In this document: piece after piece, positions 17,499-26,485 of the stretch
How positions within the stretch are numbered: the first letter of the stretch is position 1
Layout of the letters: every line of letters starts with the position of its first letter
Virus record (IMG/VR): IMGVR_UViG_3300012267_000019
Location: 1-30,389 of that record
Length of the DNA stretch: 30,389 nt
Source of the DNA: a virus
Taxonomy: Duplodnaviria; Caudoviricetes
Direction: 5' to 3' (one strand)
Made by a program: the position numbers and the translations under genes
Notes under the pieces: model-generated
Database searches by the model: none
Seen by the model: only the letters and a program-made list of their open reading frames with translations
Told to the model about the DNA's origin: nothing

Positions 17499-19371
17499 CG
17501 CAAACGCCATCAACACCGTGACTGTCAACGGCGCCCCTCCCCCCGAACCCGAGGTGGTCGAGGCGAGCAACCTATGCACGGTCACCACCAAGGTAACGCA
17601 CCGGAAACCCGGCAGCTTGAACGCCGCTGTCATTAACGGTGGGGCGGTCAACGCGGCCACGTATGACGTTATCGAGGAGAGCCAGCCCGGATACAAGTCT
17701 CGGGTCTCCGCCCGTGTACCGGGAACGATCAACGGCCTTCGGCTCAACATCGCGGCCATCAACGCTGGATACACCGAGGTTACCGAGCGTTGCATCCCTG
17801 GGTGCATCCTCACTACCACGCATCGGACCCGCGCACCGGGCACTTTCAACGGGTTCGCCCTGAACAGTGTAGCCGTGAATGACGGCGCCGAGAGCGTGAC
17901 CACTACCGAGGCGGTAGGCAAGAAGCAGGTGGTCACCGAGCGCAGCCCTGGCACTATCAACGGCTTGCGGATTAACTCCACTCCGTTCAATGCAGGTACC
18001 TCGCATACGCGGGAGACCTGTGTACCGCTTCTTGAGTGCTACACCGTTACCGTGAGGCGGCCGGGCGGGATCAACACCTTTGTAGTAAACGGGGGCACGT
18101 TCAACGGCACCTCTACGTACAGCTACGAAGTGTGCGAGGACATAGTAACTGAGCCCGACACCCCCAGCGTACCTCAGCAGTATTACGAAACCATCACAGC
18201 CGTGGCCTTGGCTGTAGGGGAGCTGGAGGAAGAAGCACAAACGATGTACCTGACCAACTCAGCGGTGGGGCACGGGGAGATAGTGTCGGAGGCACAGGTT
18301 ACGTACTACACGTCTACCGCCTTGGCCACGGAGGAAATCAGTACGGTCTCCGCAACGAGTGCCACTGTCGAGTCCTACGCGCTGGCCAGCGCCGAGATTA
18401 TCCAGTCTCAAGGTCGGGCAGTTACTCTGGAGTCCCTGGGTTACGGTTACGAGGACGAGCCCCTTGGGTCCCGTGGGCAGTACGACACGTTCATATCCTT
18501 GGGCTACGGTTCTGATCTTGAGCCCGAGACAACCCGAGGGTACCTGGAAGAGCTGACCGTTGTCGGGCTGGCGTTCGGGGACATCCTCCGGGCAGGTAAC
18601 ACGCAGTTCGAGACGGTTGAGGTCCAGGGCACGGGCTCTGACAGCCAGGAAGCCGTGCGCAGGGTCTTCGAGCCGATTATCGAGGACCTGGCCCTAGCGG
18701 TCGGGGAGCTGGCCCTGGACAAGCTGTCTGGCTTCGTCACGGTGGAGTCCGTTGGATGGGGGTCCGAGACTTTCGAGGACGCCGCGCTCCGAGTTATTCG
18801 GGACACCATCGAGGCGGTCGCGGTGGCTCGTGACGAGCTGTTGTCTGGTACCCTGGCGGCTAGTGCTATGCTGGAGTCTTACGCCAAGGGTAGCGACTAC
18901 TTCGGGGTGCAGAACTCGGGCACCGCGTGGGTATTCAACACTCGCACTTACGCTATGAGCCGGTACGAAGGATTCGAAGGAAGCCAGGCCCTCACTGTGG
19001 ACGGAGAGGTGCTGGCGCCTACGGCTACTGGGCTGAAGACTTACGGGCAGGGGACTGCGGAAGCGTCAGTCGAGTTCGGGCTTACCGACTTCGAGTCCAG
19101 GCAGCTCAAGTCTGTGCCGCACGTGTACTTCACGCTGTCTTCTCAGCTACCTGTACGTATGCAGGTGAGGGCTGGGGCGGGTGCTGCCATGAACGAGGTG
19201 GAGTACGAGAGAGCCATAGACCCAACGGCTCCGCCAGCAACGTATCGCATGGACTTGAACCGTGGAGAGAAGGCGCAGTTCTGGGGGTTTAAGCTATTGG
19301 CACCGGCCGACGCCAAAGCGTCCATCATCGAGCAACGAGTTATGACGCTCGTTGATTCAAGGAGGGTTTAA
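17491..19371 (+). CDS. Repeat-containing virion/tail protein
   Basis: 626 aa with GGAGGAG RBS; five PGxxNxxxxNxxxxN repeats, then about twelve ~21-aa acidic repeats, then a globular C-terminal domain (AWVFNTRTYAMSRY...). Confidence 0.65.
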   Translation: MINANAINTVTVNGAPPPEPEVVEASNLCTVTTKVTHRKPGSLNAAVINGGAVNAATYDVIEESQPGYKSRVSARVPGTINGLRLNIAAINAGYTEVTERCIPGCILTTTHRTRAPGTFNGFALNSVAVNDGAESVTTTEAVGKKQVVTERSPGTINGLRINSTPFNAGTSHTRETCVPLLECYTVTVRRPGGINTFVVNGGTFNGTSTYSYEVCEDIVTEPDTPSVPQQYYETITAVALAVGELEEEAQTMYLTNSAVGHGEIVSEAQVTYYTSTALATEEISTVSATSATVESYALASAEIIQSQGRAVTLESLGYGYEDEPLGSRGQYDTFISLGYGSDLEPETTRGYLEELTVVGLAFGDILRAGNTQFETVEVQGTGSDSQEAVRRVFEPIIEDLALAVGELALDKLSGFVTVESVGWGSETFEDAALRVIRDTIEAVAVARDELLSGTLAASAMLESYAKGSDYFGVQNSGTAWVFNTRTYAMSRYEGFEGSQALTVDGEVLAPTATGLKTYGQGTAEASVEFGLTDFESRQLKSVPHVYFTLSSQLPVRMQVRAGAGAAMNEVEYERAIDPTAPPATYRMDLNRGEKAQFWGFKLLAPADAKASIIEQRVMTLVDSRRV

Positions 19372-19373
19372 GC

Positions 19374-21584
19374 ATGAGTCAGATTGTCCCGGTCCCCGAT
19401 GTAGGCGGGGAGGCCCTTGGTCCCCCCGAAAGCGAAGTCGATAGCTCGTGGGATAACGAGTTTAACTCCGCCAGTTGGACGGTAAACAGTCGGCTGAACG
19501 AGACGTTCAACAGGGCCAACACCATCGTGAGTCAGGCGCAGGCTGCTATCGACGCTATCTCCGGTGGCGTTGACCTGGCTGCCCTGGGGGCTACGCCTAC
19601 GTTGACTCTGAGTGGGACGCTACCTGCCGCGCCGTCTCTGTCTTACACGTTGCCTACTATGCCGACGAGTACGCTGCCCGCTGACCCGGCGAACTACGCA
19701 CCGGGTGCGGTCGATGTGTCCCTCATACCGGACATGGCTAACCTGACGGCACCGGCTGCCCCTGTTCTCAGCTTGCCGCCTGAGCCCACCGTGGCCGTCC
19801 CCGGTGCGCCCACCAAGCCTACTGTGGACTACTCGGTGGACTTACCTACGGCGCCGGGTATCAACCTCCCTACGACGCCCACACTGGATGACATCGACAT
19901 CCCCGATGCGCCGGTCATCTTCATCCCGGACGCGCCACAGGAACTGGACCTCAACCTCCCGAACCTGACCACGCCGAACTTGTCGATGCTGAACCCGGCT
20001 GACTTCGAGGTGGCGATCCCTAGCGGTCTACCGCAGGTTAAGGGGTTCACGGACGCGGACGTATTGGCTGTCAACATACCGCTGAAGGACGACCTCAAAG
20101 AGGCCCTGGCACAGATCATCCTCGACATGAGCACCCCGAGCACCGTGCAGCAGGTGACGGACCAAGAGGTGGCCAGGACCGAGGACTTGGTGGACCGCCG
20201 CGCCAACCGACAGATTGACGAGACGTGGAGCGAGTTCGCTTCCCGTGGCCACGTAGCTCCCCCCGGTGCCCTGGCCAAGAGGGCCGACACCATCCGAGCT
20301 GACGCCGACGCAGAGATTCGAGCTGCGTCACGAGACGTTGCCATGGAGAGGATGCGCTCGGAGGTTCAAGTATTCGTCAGCAAGCTCCAGCACGGGGTGC
20401 AGTTGGCTCAGGCGGAAATGCAGGCCAGCCTGGATTCGTACCGTGCCGCGTTGCAGACCCTCAGTGACAGCAGCCAGTCCAACGTGGAGGCATATAACGC
20501 CATGGTGGGGCTGTTCCAGACCCGCGTGCAGGCGCTGTCTGCCCGTCTCGACGCCCACCGTATCAACGTGGAGACCTTCAACGCTCGTATATCTGAGTTC
20601 AATGCTCGACTGGACGTGAGTCGAGTACGCATCGCTGAGCATGACAGCAACGCGCAGACATTCGATGCCAGGATGCGGGGTGCGTTGGCTCCCTTGCAGG
20701 TGTACCAGACCGAGGTAGAGGCAGTCCGGTCCAAGGTTCAGGTACAACTCGGAGAGGTGCAGTTGTATGAGGCTCAACTACGCGGGCAAGGGGAGGTGGT
20801 CAACCTCTACCGGGCGCAGCTCGACGGTGCGCGTACAGAGCTTGACACCAAGTTGGCTGTACTCCAAGGGTTCCAGACAGAGGTGGAGGCTTTTACGTCG
20901 GAGGTGCGGGCGGTCCAGTCGCAGTACGAGGGCTACCAGACTTTGGTCAACGCCAGGCTGGCTCCTGTCCAACTCTACGAAGCTAAGATGCGTGGGTATG
21001 CTACTGAAGTAGATGCCGAGCGTGTCAAAGTGGAAGGTGGCCGAGCCAAGGTGGACGCCCAACTCGGGGTGGAACAGAACAAGGTTAGAGCGTACACCGC
21101 CAACGTACAGACTTTCGCAGAGAAAGTGCGGGCAGTGTCCACGCGGCTCCAGCAAGAGTTTAACGTCATCCAGTCCCAGCTTCAGCTTGAGCAGATCGAG
21201 CAACAGGGGGAGATAGAGAGGTATCGAGCGCAGGTCAGCGCCCAAGATACTAGCTGGCAAGCGCAGATCGCAGGGTTCAGCGGGGCCGTGGAGGCGTACC
21301 GAGCACGTGCCAATCTGTTGGCAGAAGACGCACGTATCCAGGCAAGCACAACTCAAGGCGCTGCGCAGATCAGTGCTTCCCTGGCCAGCTCGGCGTTGTC
21401 TTCGGTCAACATCGGGGCACAGCTAGGAGCGAGTGCGTCTGCCGGGTTTAGCCGTAGCCAGACTGACAGCACCAGCCGAGGGTACAGCGAGTCCCTGAAC
21501 TTCAATAACAGCGCGGGTAACAACGCTGGCTGGACGGAAAGCTACAGCTATAACTTCGACAACGACAGTCCGAACAGCCCTTGA
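19374..21584 (+). CDS. Virion protein with Pro-rich segment and long coiled coil
   Basis: 736 aa with AGGAGGG RBS; Pro-rich stalk-like stretch, long amphipathic helical region and Ser-rich tail; last gene of the + arm. Confidence 0.6.
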   Translation: MSQIVPVPDVGGEALGPPESEVDSSWDNEFNSASWTVNSRLNETFNRANTIVSQAQAAIDAISGGVDLAALGATPTLTLSGTLPAAPSLSYTLPTMPTSTLPADPANYAPGAVDVSLIPDMANLTAPAAPVLSLPPEPTVAVPGAPTKPTVDYSVDLPTAPGINLPTTPTLDDIDIPDAPVIFIPDAPQELDLNLPNLTTPNLSMLNPADFEVAIPSGLPQVKGFTDADVLAVNIPLKDDLKEALAQIILDMSTPSTVQQVTDQEVARTEDLVDRRANRQIDETWSEFASRGHVAPPGALAKRADTIRADADAEIRAASRDVAMERMRSEVQVFVSKLQHGVQLAQAEMQASLDSYRAALQTLSDSSQSNVEAYNAMVGLFQTRVQALSARLDAHRINVETFNARISEFNARLDVSRVRIAEHDSNAQTFDARMRGALAPLQVYQTEVEAVRSKVQVQLGEVQLYEAQLRGQGEVVNLYRAQLDGARTELDTKLAVLQGFQTEVEAFTSEVRAVQSQYEGYQTLVNARLAPVQLYEAKMRGYATEVDAERVKVEGGRAKVDAQLGVEQNKVRAYTANVQTFAEKVRAVSTRLQQEFNVIQSQLQLEQIEQQGEIERYRAQVSAQDTSWQAQIAGFSGAVEAYRARANLLAEDARIQASTTQGAAQISASLASSALSSVNIGAQLGASASAGFSRSQTDSTSRGYSESLNFNNSAGNNAGWTESYSYNFDNDSPNSP

Positions 21585-21600
21585 TGTTTCACGTGAAACA
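21585..21600. promoter_or_regulatory. parS: Perfect parS palindrome TGTTTCACGTGAAACA
   Basis: 16/16 match to the canonical chromosomal ParB/Spo0J-binding consensus; intergenic, starting at the base after the TGA stop. Confidence 0.8.
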
Positions 21601-21602
21601 CT

Positions 21603-21623
21603 GAGCCCCCGACTGGGGGGCTC
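21603..21623. terminator. Hairpin between the convergent arms, candidate bidirectional terminator
   Basis: GAGCCCCC-GACTG-GGGGGCTC forms an 8-bp stem between two converging stop codons; U-tracts are poor on both sides. Confidence 0.55.
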
Positions 21624-21827
21624 TCATCGCGTACCCACCCTCTTGTTCCACTCTATGATGGCATCCTCGATCCACTCGGTAGGCTCCTGGTAGTTAGTGC
21701 GCACCTCAGGCCCTCGGGCTGCGCACGAGGGGCACTCTATGGCGCCCCACTTGAAGCCCTGGGCCAGGTCGAAAAGGGGACCGGGGGACAGGTCCCCGCA
21801 GAAGGGACATGGCTTGGGTTGGATCAT
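21624..21827 (-). CDS. Lar-family (restriction alleviation-like) zinc-ribbon protein
   Basis: KPCPFCG ... IECPSCAARGP ... AIIEWNKR is the characteristic Lar-like signature; AGGAGG RBS; ATGA overlap with the primase gene. Confidence 0.8.
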   Translation of the reverse strand: MIQPKPCPFCGDLSPGPLFDLAQGFKWGAIECPSCAARGPEVRTNYQEPTEWIEDAIIEWNKRVGTR

Positions 21828-24805
21828 GGTTGACCTCCTGACTGTGCAGTAGCGATTGCCTTGGCTGATACCTCACCGGCACTCGCAGCTTTGAGTGTTG
21901 ATTGGGTTCCACCCATGGCAGGATTGGCCATGTCCAGTACCCAGCACATTGTCTGGCCTCTACCGAAGTTCGTGTTCTTACCTAGTACGTGCTTCTTCTC
22001 CTCGATAAGCACCCCCTGGGTTTGCAGCTCTTCCTTCAGCCGGTTGGGGTCCATGGACTGGCTCGCGCAGTAACGGCGGAAGTCCGCCCGGTCCATGTAC
22101 AACCTGTCGTGCCACGACTCGAACCGGATTCTCAGCTCCCCCCTGGGCTCCTGGGTAATCAAAGGCACGCTGCCCGGCTGCGGCTGGGTACCAATCGTCA
22201 GCGTCTTGTAAAGACTGGAGTTCAGGTAGTCCGTGAGTATGCCGAACCCACTGCGAACGGCGCTGTTGACCACAGTGCGCATCTTGTCGATAGCATCGAG
22301 GACGAACCGGAGCAGACGGCCAATGTCCACGTTGGTCAGGCCCACTGCGTTGGACGCCTCGAACGCTGTCAGTACGCACGCCGGGGCAGCAGACCAGAAC
22401 CGTTCACCGGATGACACGTTGCCTTGCTGGTCGATAACCTGCATCCAGTGCTGCACGCGATCATGCACAGACTTGGCGTTCTTCAGCACGTAGTCCATGA
22501 ACACTGGACCCGCTAACCCGAAATGGTAGTTGAGCTTGTCGAACCCGGTATCAGCTACGGATTTGGGCAGGGTATGACTAGGCACGTAATACTCGAACAC
22601 ACGCACCGCCTCGGCGGAGCTGTCCGCTTTCGCCAGGGTCAGTCGGCTGTGCAGTGAGGCGTTGGAGGTGCAGATCATCATGGTCTGCCAGGACCCGTGG
22701 TCTTCCTTGGCACTGCCATCCTGGTTGAGCCGCTGCCTACCCTGTCCCTTGGACACTGCGTAGCAGAGGTCGGACAGGTCCTCGGCCTGGAGGTTTGTGA
22801 TCTCGTCGTACGTAGCGGGTAGGGTATTTAGTACCCCCAGCTTATTGTAAAAAGACCGTATGGTGTCGTGCTTGGCATCACCCCACCCCATCTTTTTGTG
22901 GCCCCATATCGAGTTGGCCAGAAGAGCAGCACTGGATTTACCACTACCCTTTTCGCCTACCATGTTGACTATCATGCCGTCGAAGTTGGTAAACCGGAAC
23001 AGCGGGGCAGCGAACCCAACGCCGAACCCGAATTGCAACGCTTCCATCCCCGGCTGCTCGTACAACCTTGCCACGGACTTCCACTCTTCCAGGTCGCCAC
23101 GCGGCTCCTGCCAACGCAGGGCGTTGATCGTGTTGCGACTAGGCGTTACCTGCTCAGTCGGTGCCCCGGCTACCAGCACTTGGTCAGGTAGCACGAACTG
23201 GTTATCTTCGCGCCAGCCCATCTTGGCGTACACCATGGCTGACTTAGCGTGATTCTGTAGTTCCTTAATGTATGCAAGCATGTAGTTCACCACGTGTTCC
23301 ATCTTGTCCAGCATCGGCACTACGCCCATGTCGCCTAGCGTAGTGGATAGGGTACGCCTGTCAAACAGGGACCCCAGCGCCAGGTCGAAGTCATCCCACC
23401 CGTCCATAGGTAGGCGCCTACGGATTGTCACGAAGAACTTGCGGGCTCGCTCGTCATAGAACAGGCCCGTAGGATACAAGTCGTTGTCATATATCATCGA
23501 CTCCTCGTCCACGTCATCGGCATTGGTGACGGTGACCGTGATGATAGTCTTGCCAGCACCGTCAACGGCTCGCTTGTAGGGCTTCGGCGCAGGAGGCAGG
23601 GGGAGGCTCAGGGTCTGTCCGGTTGTCGTCGTCAGCGTCATCACGGGAGCGGCTGACTCGGGGCGCTCGCGACCTAGCTGCAACGGGGTGGTGATCTTCC
23701 CGTAGAAGGGGCAGCCCTTACACCCATCGGGGTTCGCGTTCTCGAAGGCGACACAAGTAGACGGACCGTACCCCCCGTCCTTGTGCTGCTGAATCTTGGT
23801 ATCGGTTTCCTCGGGGCTGTACCCCGGATGCCCCTTGGACATCAGGTGGACCGCTTGCTCACCCTTCTCGGCGTGGCGCAGGCAGCCGATCATGGCGTAC
23901 CAGTTGGGCTCGTCTACCCGATCCGGGCGTTCGAGCTGGTCACGTAGCTGCTGACACTTGCCAACAACTTGCTTGGCGTTGGAGGGAGAGTCGGTAACGG
24001 TGCCTGCCATGGCCGCGCTGTTGTCTGCAACAGGTGTCGCGTTGGCCGCTGGGTTGGTACCCGGCAGGGCGGCCGCAACGGCAGGGCCAGCCTGCACAGG
24101 AGCGGAGTCTACCCCTAGAGCCTCGGCAGCGGCAGCGATGCACGACATAAGCTGGCGGGCCGGGTACTGCTGGCCAGGGTCTACTACCACGGACACATCC
24201 CGTGGGCTACCTGTCTTCCAGTTGTACGTACCTACAACACGTAGCACGGAAGCACGGTCTGCGGTACGGCTGGTATCTACTTGTAGTCCATGAGCATGGG
24301 TTACTCGCTTGAGTAGTCCAGCGTAGTGATCCCATGTATCGGGCTCCATGTCATCGGACATAGGCCAGTACACGTGGAACCCACCCCCGGAGTTGACCAC
24401 CAAGGGCTTGGGGAACTGATACCGGGAGCAGAATGACCTGAGCGCGTGGGCGGCTGTGTCGAAGTCCTGGTAACTACCCGGCTTGCCTGAGCGTACGTCT
24501 ATGTCCAGCCAGAAAGCGCCCAACTTGCTTATGTTGGTCTTTACCCTCATGCCTTTCTTGCGTACTTCTTTGATTGACCCGAGTGCAAAATACACATCTA
24601 CGGGGGCGTCCCTGTCTGTAGCCAGGGCGGCGGCTGCGTTCGCTGCGTTCGCTGCGTCTGGGTACGCTGTCTGCCTGAGACCGGACTTCTCTTCGCCTGT
24701 GGACTTATCCTTCCACTTGACGGGGTGCCCTATTATGTAGGGTCCAGTGCTCGGCCATACAGCGCGGAGGAATTGCTGTGTATCCACGGTGCGTCTCCCG
24801 GTCAA
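21824..24805 (-). CDS. DNA primase-helicase (primase-like N-terminus, Cys-rich linker domain, DUF927-type P-loop NTPase)
   Basis: FWLDIDV, VVNSGGGFHVYW and D.A.VLRV.GT.N.K primase motifs; C..F......GCKGCP; Walker A GEKGSGKS; TYDEIT Walker B; G.GRQR; TSN. Confidence 0.85.
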   Translation of the reverse strand: MTGRRTVDTQQFLRAVWPSTGPYIIGHPVKWKDKSTGEEKSGLRQTAYPDAANAANAAAALATDRDAPVDVYFALGSIKEVRKKGMRVKTNISKLGAFWLDIDVRSGKPGSYQDFDTAAHALRSFCSRYQFPKPLVVNSGGGFHVYWPMSDDMEPDTWDHYAGLLKRVTHAHGLQVDTSRTADRASVLRVVGTYNWKTGSPRDVSVVVDPGQQYPARQLMSCIAAAAEALGVDSAPVQAGPAVAAALPGTNPAANATPVADNSAAMAGTVTDSPSNAKQVVGKCQQLRDQLERPDRVDEPNWYAMIGCLRHAEKGEQAVHLMSKGHPGYSPEETDTKIQQHKDGGYGPSTCVAFENANPDGCKGCPFYGKITTPLQLGRERPESAAPVMTLTTTTGQTLSLPLPPAPKPYKRAVDGAGKTIITVTVTNADDVDEESMIYDNDLYPTGLFYDERARKFFVTIRRRLPMDGWDDFDLALGSLFDRRTLSTTLGDMGVVPMLDKMEHVVNYMLAYIKELQNHAKSAMVYAKMGWREDNQFVLPDQVLVAGAPTEQVTPSRNTINALRWQEPRGDLEEWKSVARLYEQPGMEALQFGFGVGFAAPLFRFTNFDGMIVNMVGEKGSGKSSAALLANSIWGHKKMGWGDAKHDTIRSFYNKLGVLNTLPATYDEITNLQAEDLSDLCYAVSKGQGRQRLNQDGSAKEDHGSWQTMMICTSNASLHSRLTLAKADSSAEAVRVFEYYVPSHTLPKSVADTGFDKLNYHFGLAGPVFMDYVLKNAKSVHDRVQHWMQVIDQQGNVSSGERFWSAAPACVLTAFEASNAVGLTNVDIGRLLRFVLDAIDKMRTVVNSAVRSGFGILTDYLNSSLYKTLTIGTQPQPGSVPLITQEPRGELRIRFESWHDRLYMDRADFRRYCASQSMDPNRLKEELQTQGVLIEEKKHVLGKNTNFGRGQTMCWVLDMANPAMGGTQSTLKAASAGEVSAKAIATAQSGGQP

Positions 24806-25116
24806 GCGGTCTGGGTCTTGTCATCAATTACTTTTTGTAGTTCAGACATGCGACCCTTAGGGGTCAGCGTTTCGAGACGTGCATACAAGCCGTTGGCAAC
24901 GTCCGCATCGTCAAACCACTCGATGCGACGTAGTGCCTGCTCGGCTGTCCATTGGTACGGGTGAGTTGCACCGTCCATCCAGCGTAGGAGGGCGGCAGGG
25001 CTGATCCCCAGCAGCACAGCGACGGCTCGCTTGCTGAGCATCACCTTGTCGTGGAACGCAATGACACGCTTGACAGCGTATTCAGAGGTAGTTTCTTGGG
25101 CGGGCTGTGTGTTCAT
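24802..25116 (-). CDS. Helix-turn-helix DNA-binding protein
   Basis: LSKRAVAVLLGISPAALLRWMDGATHP is an XRE/Cro-like HTH pattern. Confidence 0.7.
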   Translation of the reverse strand: MNTQPAQETTSEYAVKRVIAFHDKVMLSKRAVAVLLGISPAALLRWMDGATHPYQWTAEQALRRIEWFDDADVANGLYARLETLTPKGRMSELQKVIDDKTQTA

Positions 25117-25138
25117 GATAGGTCCCCGGTAGATAGAA

Positions 25139-25159
25139 GGGGCTGGATTAACCAGCCCC
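25139..25159 (-). terminator. Intrinsic terminator-like hairpin downstream of the SSB-like gene
   Basis: The minus strand reads GGGGCTGG-TTAAT-CCAGCCCC followed by TTCTATCT. Confidence 0.65.
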
Positions 25160-25182
25160 GATGTATGCAGTGTAACGCAGTA

Positions 25183-26475
25183 TCACCAGTCGCCGCCGAA
25201 CACGCTATCCAAATCCCTGGCCTTCGGAGTTTGCTCACGTTCCTGGGCGTCTTGCTCAGGGCGCTGGTCCACTACGCCACCGGCCTGCTGCTCGGGCTCA
25301 GGCTCCCCACCGAAGCCGCTAACAGCTTGCTCTTGCTGCGCGGGCTCGGGCTCAGGGGTGCTACCGAAGCCGCTGGCAGCGTCCTCCTGGGCGGGCGCAG
25401 CCTGACGCTGAGCCTGGGGCTCCGGTTCACTGCCGAATCCGCTAACAGCTTGCTCTTGCTGCGCGGGCTCGGGCTCGCGGGCCTTTGCTTGCTGCTGTGT
25501 TTCCGGGGCAGGGGCCTCGGGGCTACCAAACCCTCCGGCAGCGTCCAGGGTTTCCTGCTCCTGAGCCTGGGCCTGCTGCGCCTTGGCCTGTGCAGCCATC
25601 TGGGCTTGTTCGCGTTCCTTGGCGGCTTGTGCGTCGGCCTGAGCCTGCGCTTCAGCCTGAGCTGCCCCCTGGTCCCGCACAGCTTGTTGCGCAGCAGCGG
25701 CAGGGTTCGCACCGGGGAGGTCTGTACCAGCACGTTGCCGGGCGCTGGCGGCTGCCGCTTCGACTAGTCCCGCCGCTAACTTGGTGCTGGGCTCCTCGAA
25801 CCGTTCTTCGGCAGCGTTGTACTCCGGCGTGGTCAGGTAGCGCACGGGGGAGAACTTCAGCTTGGGGTACGTGGCGTCGGTGTCGAAGGCCACGCGGGTA
25901 ACTACAGCGTTATACGGGATGGTCGGCGACACACTGGACAGTTGCTTGACGTGCTTACCCCAGTCCTTCAGTGACATAGCCGGTACGCTTAGGCGGTACA
26001 CCTTGTTCTTGCCCACGTTGTCCGCTGCTACTACTGCCATGGCCTTGGCATCGGAACACTCTTTACTCTCGGCCTTGGTGTGCGGGTTGATCTTGGAGCC
26101 CCATGCGTTATGGGGGCACTCGGCGCAAGTGCGGGCCTGCGGCTTGTCCGCGTTGGGACTAGGCACAACGCCGTCGTCGCTGTAGCAGGTAGGCGCCTCA
26201 GCCTCTTGCGACGGGTTCCACGCGTTCTCGTAGTAGGTCTTGGTGATGCCGTCGTTGACCCGCAGCACTGCCACGTCGATGGCACCCACGTGCAGAACCT
26301 GCACTTCTTCGCCGTCTTCAATGATGCGGAACTTCGACTGCTTGAGGCTTATGCGGTTGACGCCTGCCCCGCCCCCGGTGCCAACGATGGCACCTTTGTT
26401 CATCTCTGCTGCCCGCTCGCTGTTCTGGAGGTGGGCCGGTGCCTGCGACTGCTCGAAGATAGTAACGTCGTTCAT
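25183..26475 (-). CDS. Putative single-stranded DNA-binding / annealing protein with long repetitive tail
   Basis: ATG at 26475 after AAGGTG. Core has RISLKQSKFR, CYSDDG, C.ECPHNAWGS and L.VPAMSLK; A/Q/E/P-rich linker; acidic-aromatic C-terminus DLDSVFGGDW; replication context. Confidence 0.55.
   Translation of the reverse strand: MNDVTIFEQSQAPAHLQNSERAAEMNKGAIVGTGGGAGVNRISLKQSKFRIIEDGEEVQVLHVGAIDVAVLRVNDGITKTYYENAWNPSQEAEAPTCYSDDGVVPSPNADKPQARTCAECPHNAWGSKINPHTKAESKECSDAKAMAVVAADNVGKNKVYRLSVPAMSLKDWGKHVKQLSSVSPTIPYNAVVTRVAFDTDATYPKLKFSPVRYLTTPEYNAAEERFEEPSTKLAAGLVEAAAASARQRAGTDLPGANPAAAAQQAVRDQGAAQAEAQAQADAQAAKEREQAQMAAQAKAQQAQAQEQETLDAAGGFGSPEAPAPETQQQAKAREPEPAQQEQAVSGFGSEPEPQAQRQAAPAQEDAASGFGSTPEPEPAQQEQAVSGFGGEPEPEQQAGGVVDQRPEQDAQEREQTPKARDLDSVFGGDW
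25316..25476. repeat. 38-bp exact direct repeat (25316-25353 and 25439-25476) within repeated EPEPAQQEQAVSG units
   Basis: CCGCTAACAGCTTGCTCTTGCTGCGCGGGCTCGGGCTC occurs twice, 123 bp apart. Confidence 0.9.
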
Positions 26476-26485
26476 TGTGTTCACC

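Noticed and set aside
17602-18135. Repeats as a diversity-generating retroelement template/variable pair
   Set aside because: Differences between units are not adenine-specific and no reverse transcriptase is present in the window.
21585-21623. Junction palindromes as an attachment site, dif site or protelomerase target
   Set aside because: No integrase or protelomerase in the window, no XerC/D dif consensus, and the palindrome is short and matches parS exactly.
24366-24381. CAGTACACGTGGAACC as a third parS
   Set aside because: Only the core and right arm match. It lies in the conserved GGFHVYW primase motif, which explains the sequence.
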